Below are positions 17,345-19,376 of a stretch of DNA of 19,376 nt, piece by piece. The position numbers and the translations under genes are program-made. The DNA lies in assembly GCA_036351155.1 (NCBI GenBank), contig JAZBOO010000144.1:1-19376 (forward strand). Direction: 5' to 3'. Numbering within the stretch: the stretch's first letter is position 1; each line of letters begins with the position of its first letter. This stretch comes from Candidatus Krumholzibacteriia bacterium. Lineage in GTDB: Bacteria; Krumholzibacteriota; Krumholzibacteriia; LZORAL124-64-63. A model generated the notes under the pieces. The model had not been told where the DNA came from. It was given only the letters and a program-made list of their open reading frames with translations, and made no database searches.

Positions 17345-17367
17345 CTCCGTTGTTTTGCTGCCGATAT
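17341..17367 (+). promoter_or_regulatory. Putative sigma28 (FliA/SigD)-type promoter for the fapA-like gene
   Basis: TTAA (17341-17344)-N15-GCCGATAT (17360-17367) versus the consensus TAAA-N15-GCCGATA[A/T]; lies upstream of a flagellum-associated family gene. Confidence 0.65.
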
Positions 17368-17428
17368 CCAGGCCATGAGACCCGGCGTATGCCGCTGGAA
17401 TAGTCCGTCACCTTCGACTGGTGAGGCC

Positions 17429-18946
17429 ATGGCTGAAGAAACGCTGACACCCCCGAGTGCCGCGGACCTCCTGGATGACATCCTGGACGCCGATGACACA
17501 CCTCCACCTCCCCCGGACGCCAAGGGCTACAGCCTGCGTCTGTCCGGAGACAAGGTGACGGTGCTGGTGGATTGTCCCGACCCCCTGGCGGCTCTCGGCC
17601 ACTGGAGTCAGCGTATCTGCGATGATCTGGAAAAGCTGGAAATTCCCAACGTGCCCTCTCCTGAAATCGTGGCCGACCTGTTGCGGGACCGCGCTCGACC
17701 GGGTAAAAACCTGGCCTCGGTGGGTCTGATCACCGGCCGACCTCCGAAACACAGCATCGACACCAGGCTGGTCTGGGCCCGGGAATTCTTCGGCGAAGGC
17801 TGGCAGGTGGACGAGCAAACCGGTCGCGTCAACTACCGGGAAAAAGTCGAGAACTGTGCGGTCCACCGGAACGAACTGCTGCTCCGGGTGCACGACGCCA
17901 GGGACGGCGTCCCGGGTGTGGATCTCTTTGGCGAGAAGATCCCCGTGGAGGCCCCGGAGAAAACCCGCATCCGCTGCGGAAAGGGCGTCACCGAGGTTCA
18001 GGAAAAGGGCGCGCTGGCCTACTTTGCCGATCTCGATGGGCGGGTGCGCTTCACCGACGGGACCCTGTCCGTGGACGAGGTTTACCAGGTGGCCGGCCAC
18101 GTGGGGCTGGCCAGCGGCAACATCCACCACCCGGGATCGGTCACCGTCACCGGAGACGTCCTGGCCGGTTCGGTCATCGATGCCGAGGGCGATGTGGTGA
18201 TCGGTGGGGTCATCGAGGAAGCGCTGGTCACCTGCGGGGGAAACCTGACGGTCGGCGGGGGCATCCTGGGCGGCGACCGCCAGATCATCCGGGCCGGGGG
18301 CAACATCGAGGCCAAGTTCATCAACGAATCCGATGTGGCCGCCGGTGGAGATATCGTGGTGGCCAAGCAGATTTCCCACTCACGCGTGCGCAGCCTGGGC
18401 TCGGTCCGGGTCCCCAAGGGGCGCATCGCCGGAGGGACAACCATTGCCCTGCTGGGCATCCGGATGGGCACGGCCGGTTCCCCCGGAAACGCGGACACTC
18501 ACCTGACCGCCGGCATCGACTACACCTTGCAAGCCCAGATCGACCTGTACGAGGAAAAGATCAAGCGGCTGGAAATGTCGCTGACTCCCATCGAGAACGC
18601 CCTGCGCAATGCCGGATCCGAGGAGCGCGACCTTTCCGAAGGTATCCAGCAGGTGGTCGAGTGCATGGCGCTGAAGCGGCTGCGCCTCAAGGAGGCCATC
18701 GCCTTGCAGAAGAGCCGCATGAATAAGCTCCAGGAGGCCTCGGGCCGCAAGGCCATCTACCACGTGGTCATCTTCGACGAAGTCTGGTCAGGCACGACAA
18801 TCTGCCTGGGGCAGGCCTGCACCCGGGTCAAGAAAAGCATCCCCAAGCCGCGTGTGGTTCTGCTGCGTGAAGAGAGGGCCCGGGTGCTGCCCTTGACCGA
18901 TGAGAATCTTCCCCCTGAGCCGCCGGCTTCCGATCATTCAATCTAG
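17429..18946 (+). CDS. FapA/DUF342 family protein (flagellar assembly protein A-like)
   Basis: GRVNYRE, GVPGVDLFGEKIP, V.GHVGLASGNIHHPGSVTVTGDV..G..I.AEGDVVIGG.IE.A...GGNL.V.GGI beta-helix repeats, C-terminal coiled coil and VWSGTTI; GAGG RBS before the ATG at 17429. Confidence 0.88.
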   Translation: MAEETLTPPSAADLLDDILDADDTPPPPPDAKGYSLRLSGDKVTVLVDCPDPLAALGHWSQRICDDLEKLEIPNVPSPEIVADLLRDRARPGKNLASVGLITGRPPKHSIDTRLVWAREFFGEGWQVDEQTGRVNYREKVENCAVHRNELLLRVHDARDGVPGVDLFGEKIPVEAPEKTRIRCGKGVTEVQEKGALAYFADLDGRVRFTDGTLSVDEVYQVAGHVGLASGNIHHPGSVTVTGDVLAGSVIDAEGDVVIGGVIEEALVTCGGNLTVGGGILGGDRQIIRAGGNIEAKFINESDVAAGGDIVVAKQISHSRVRSLGSVRVPKGRIAGGTTIALLGIRMGTAGSPGNADTHLTAGIDYTLQAQIDLYEEKIKRLEMSLTPIENALRNAGSEERDLSEGIQQVVECMALKRLRLKEAIALQKSRMNKLQEASGRKAIYHVVIFDEVWSGTTICLGQACTRVKKSIPKPRVVLLREERARVLPLTDENLPPEPPASDHSI

Positions 18947-19345
18947 GCCGGAATCATCGGGCACCGCCGGCCTGACCTTCAGGACCTTTTCCTTGCGGAT
19001 TTCCACCGTGCCCGGCTTGGCTCCACGGGGCTTGGTCACATAGCGGGCGCGGGTGCAGCTGACGGCCACCTGCTTGGCCTCACGCTTCTTGCTGTGCCAG
19101 GCGGCCACCGCCGCGGCTTCCTTGATGGTGGTGTTGTCCGGCTCCTCGCCGGCAGGCACCTGCAACAGAACGTGGCTGCCGGGCATGCCCTTGACGTGAA
19201 ACCAGTAGTCGTTGGCCTTGGCCACCTTCAGGGAGAGCTGGTCGTTGTCCTGATCGTTCTTGCCGGCCAGCACCACCCAGCCCCCGGGCAGGATGTACCG
19301 CCAGATGCGAGGTTCGACTTTTTCCGGGCGTGGCGGTCTGGGCAT
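18938..19345 (-). CDS. NFACT RNA-binding (NFACT-R/DUF814) domain protein
   Basis: VLAGKNDQDNDQLS, DYWFHVKGMPGSHVLL, AAAVAAWHSK, YVTKPRGAKPGTV. The start is uncertain: ATG at 19345, but the frame stays open to the window end. Confidence 0.88.
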   Translation of the reverse strand: MPRPPRPEKVEPRIWRYILPGGWVVLAGKNDQDNDQLSLKVAKANDYWFHVKGMPGSHVLLQVPAGEEPDNTTIKEAAAVAAWHSKKREAKQVAVSCTRARYVTKPRGAKPGTVEIRKEKVLKVRPAVPDDSGLD

Positions 19346-19376
19346 GCCGGTACTCTTTCCAAACAGGTGCACATGG

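Noticed and set aside
17407..17419. GTCAC-ctt-CGACT upstream of fapA, resembling the ECF motif
   Set aside because: The spacer is only 3 nt, incompatible with a -35/-10 promoter.

Overview
High-GC bacterial window, densely coding, with no RNA genes, CRISPR array or mobile element that I can support. The FlgD/T9SS-like C-terminal domains suggest an FCB-related lineage such as Krumholzibacteriota/Latescibacterota (inference). Left part (1-7752): a TPR-CHAT caspase-like protease, probably truncated at the window edge, converges on an ECF sigma factor plus a membrane anti-sigma with two tandem ZAS (zf-HC2) motifs. Divergently from these lies a large secreted Asp-box/FG-GAP protein. The spacer between sigma and secreted protein holds two back-to-back copies of an ECF-like promoter motif (GTCAC-N16/17-CGACTT) and a near-consensus sigma70 promoter for the sigma gene. 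This is the best candidate for an undescribed protease-gated ECF signalling system, with its promoter readable from the DNA. Middle: a YCF48/BNR-repeat secreted protein, a COG3014-type lipoprotein and an LpoB-like lipoprotein. Right: a three-subunit XdhD-like molybdoenzyme divergent from an 8-oxoguanine deaminase, an orphan FapA/DUF342 gene behind a sigma28-like promoter, and an NFACT-R domain gene. All family assignments come from motif recognition by eye, not database searches.
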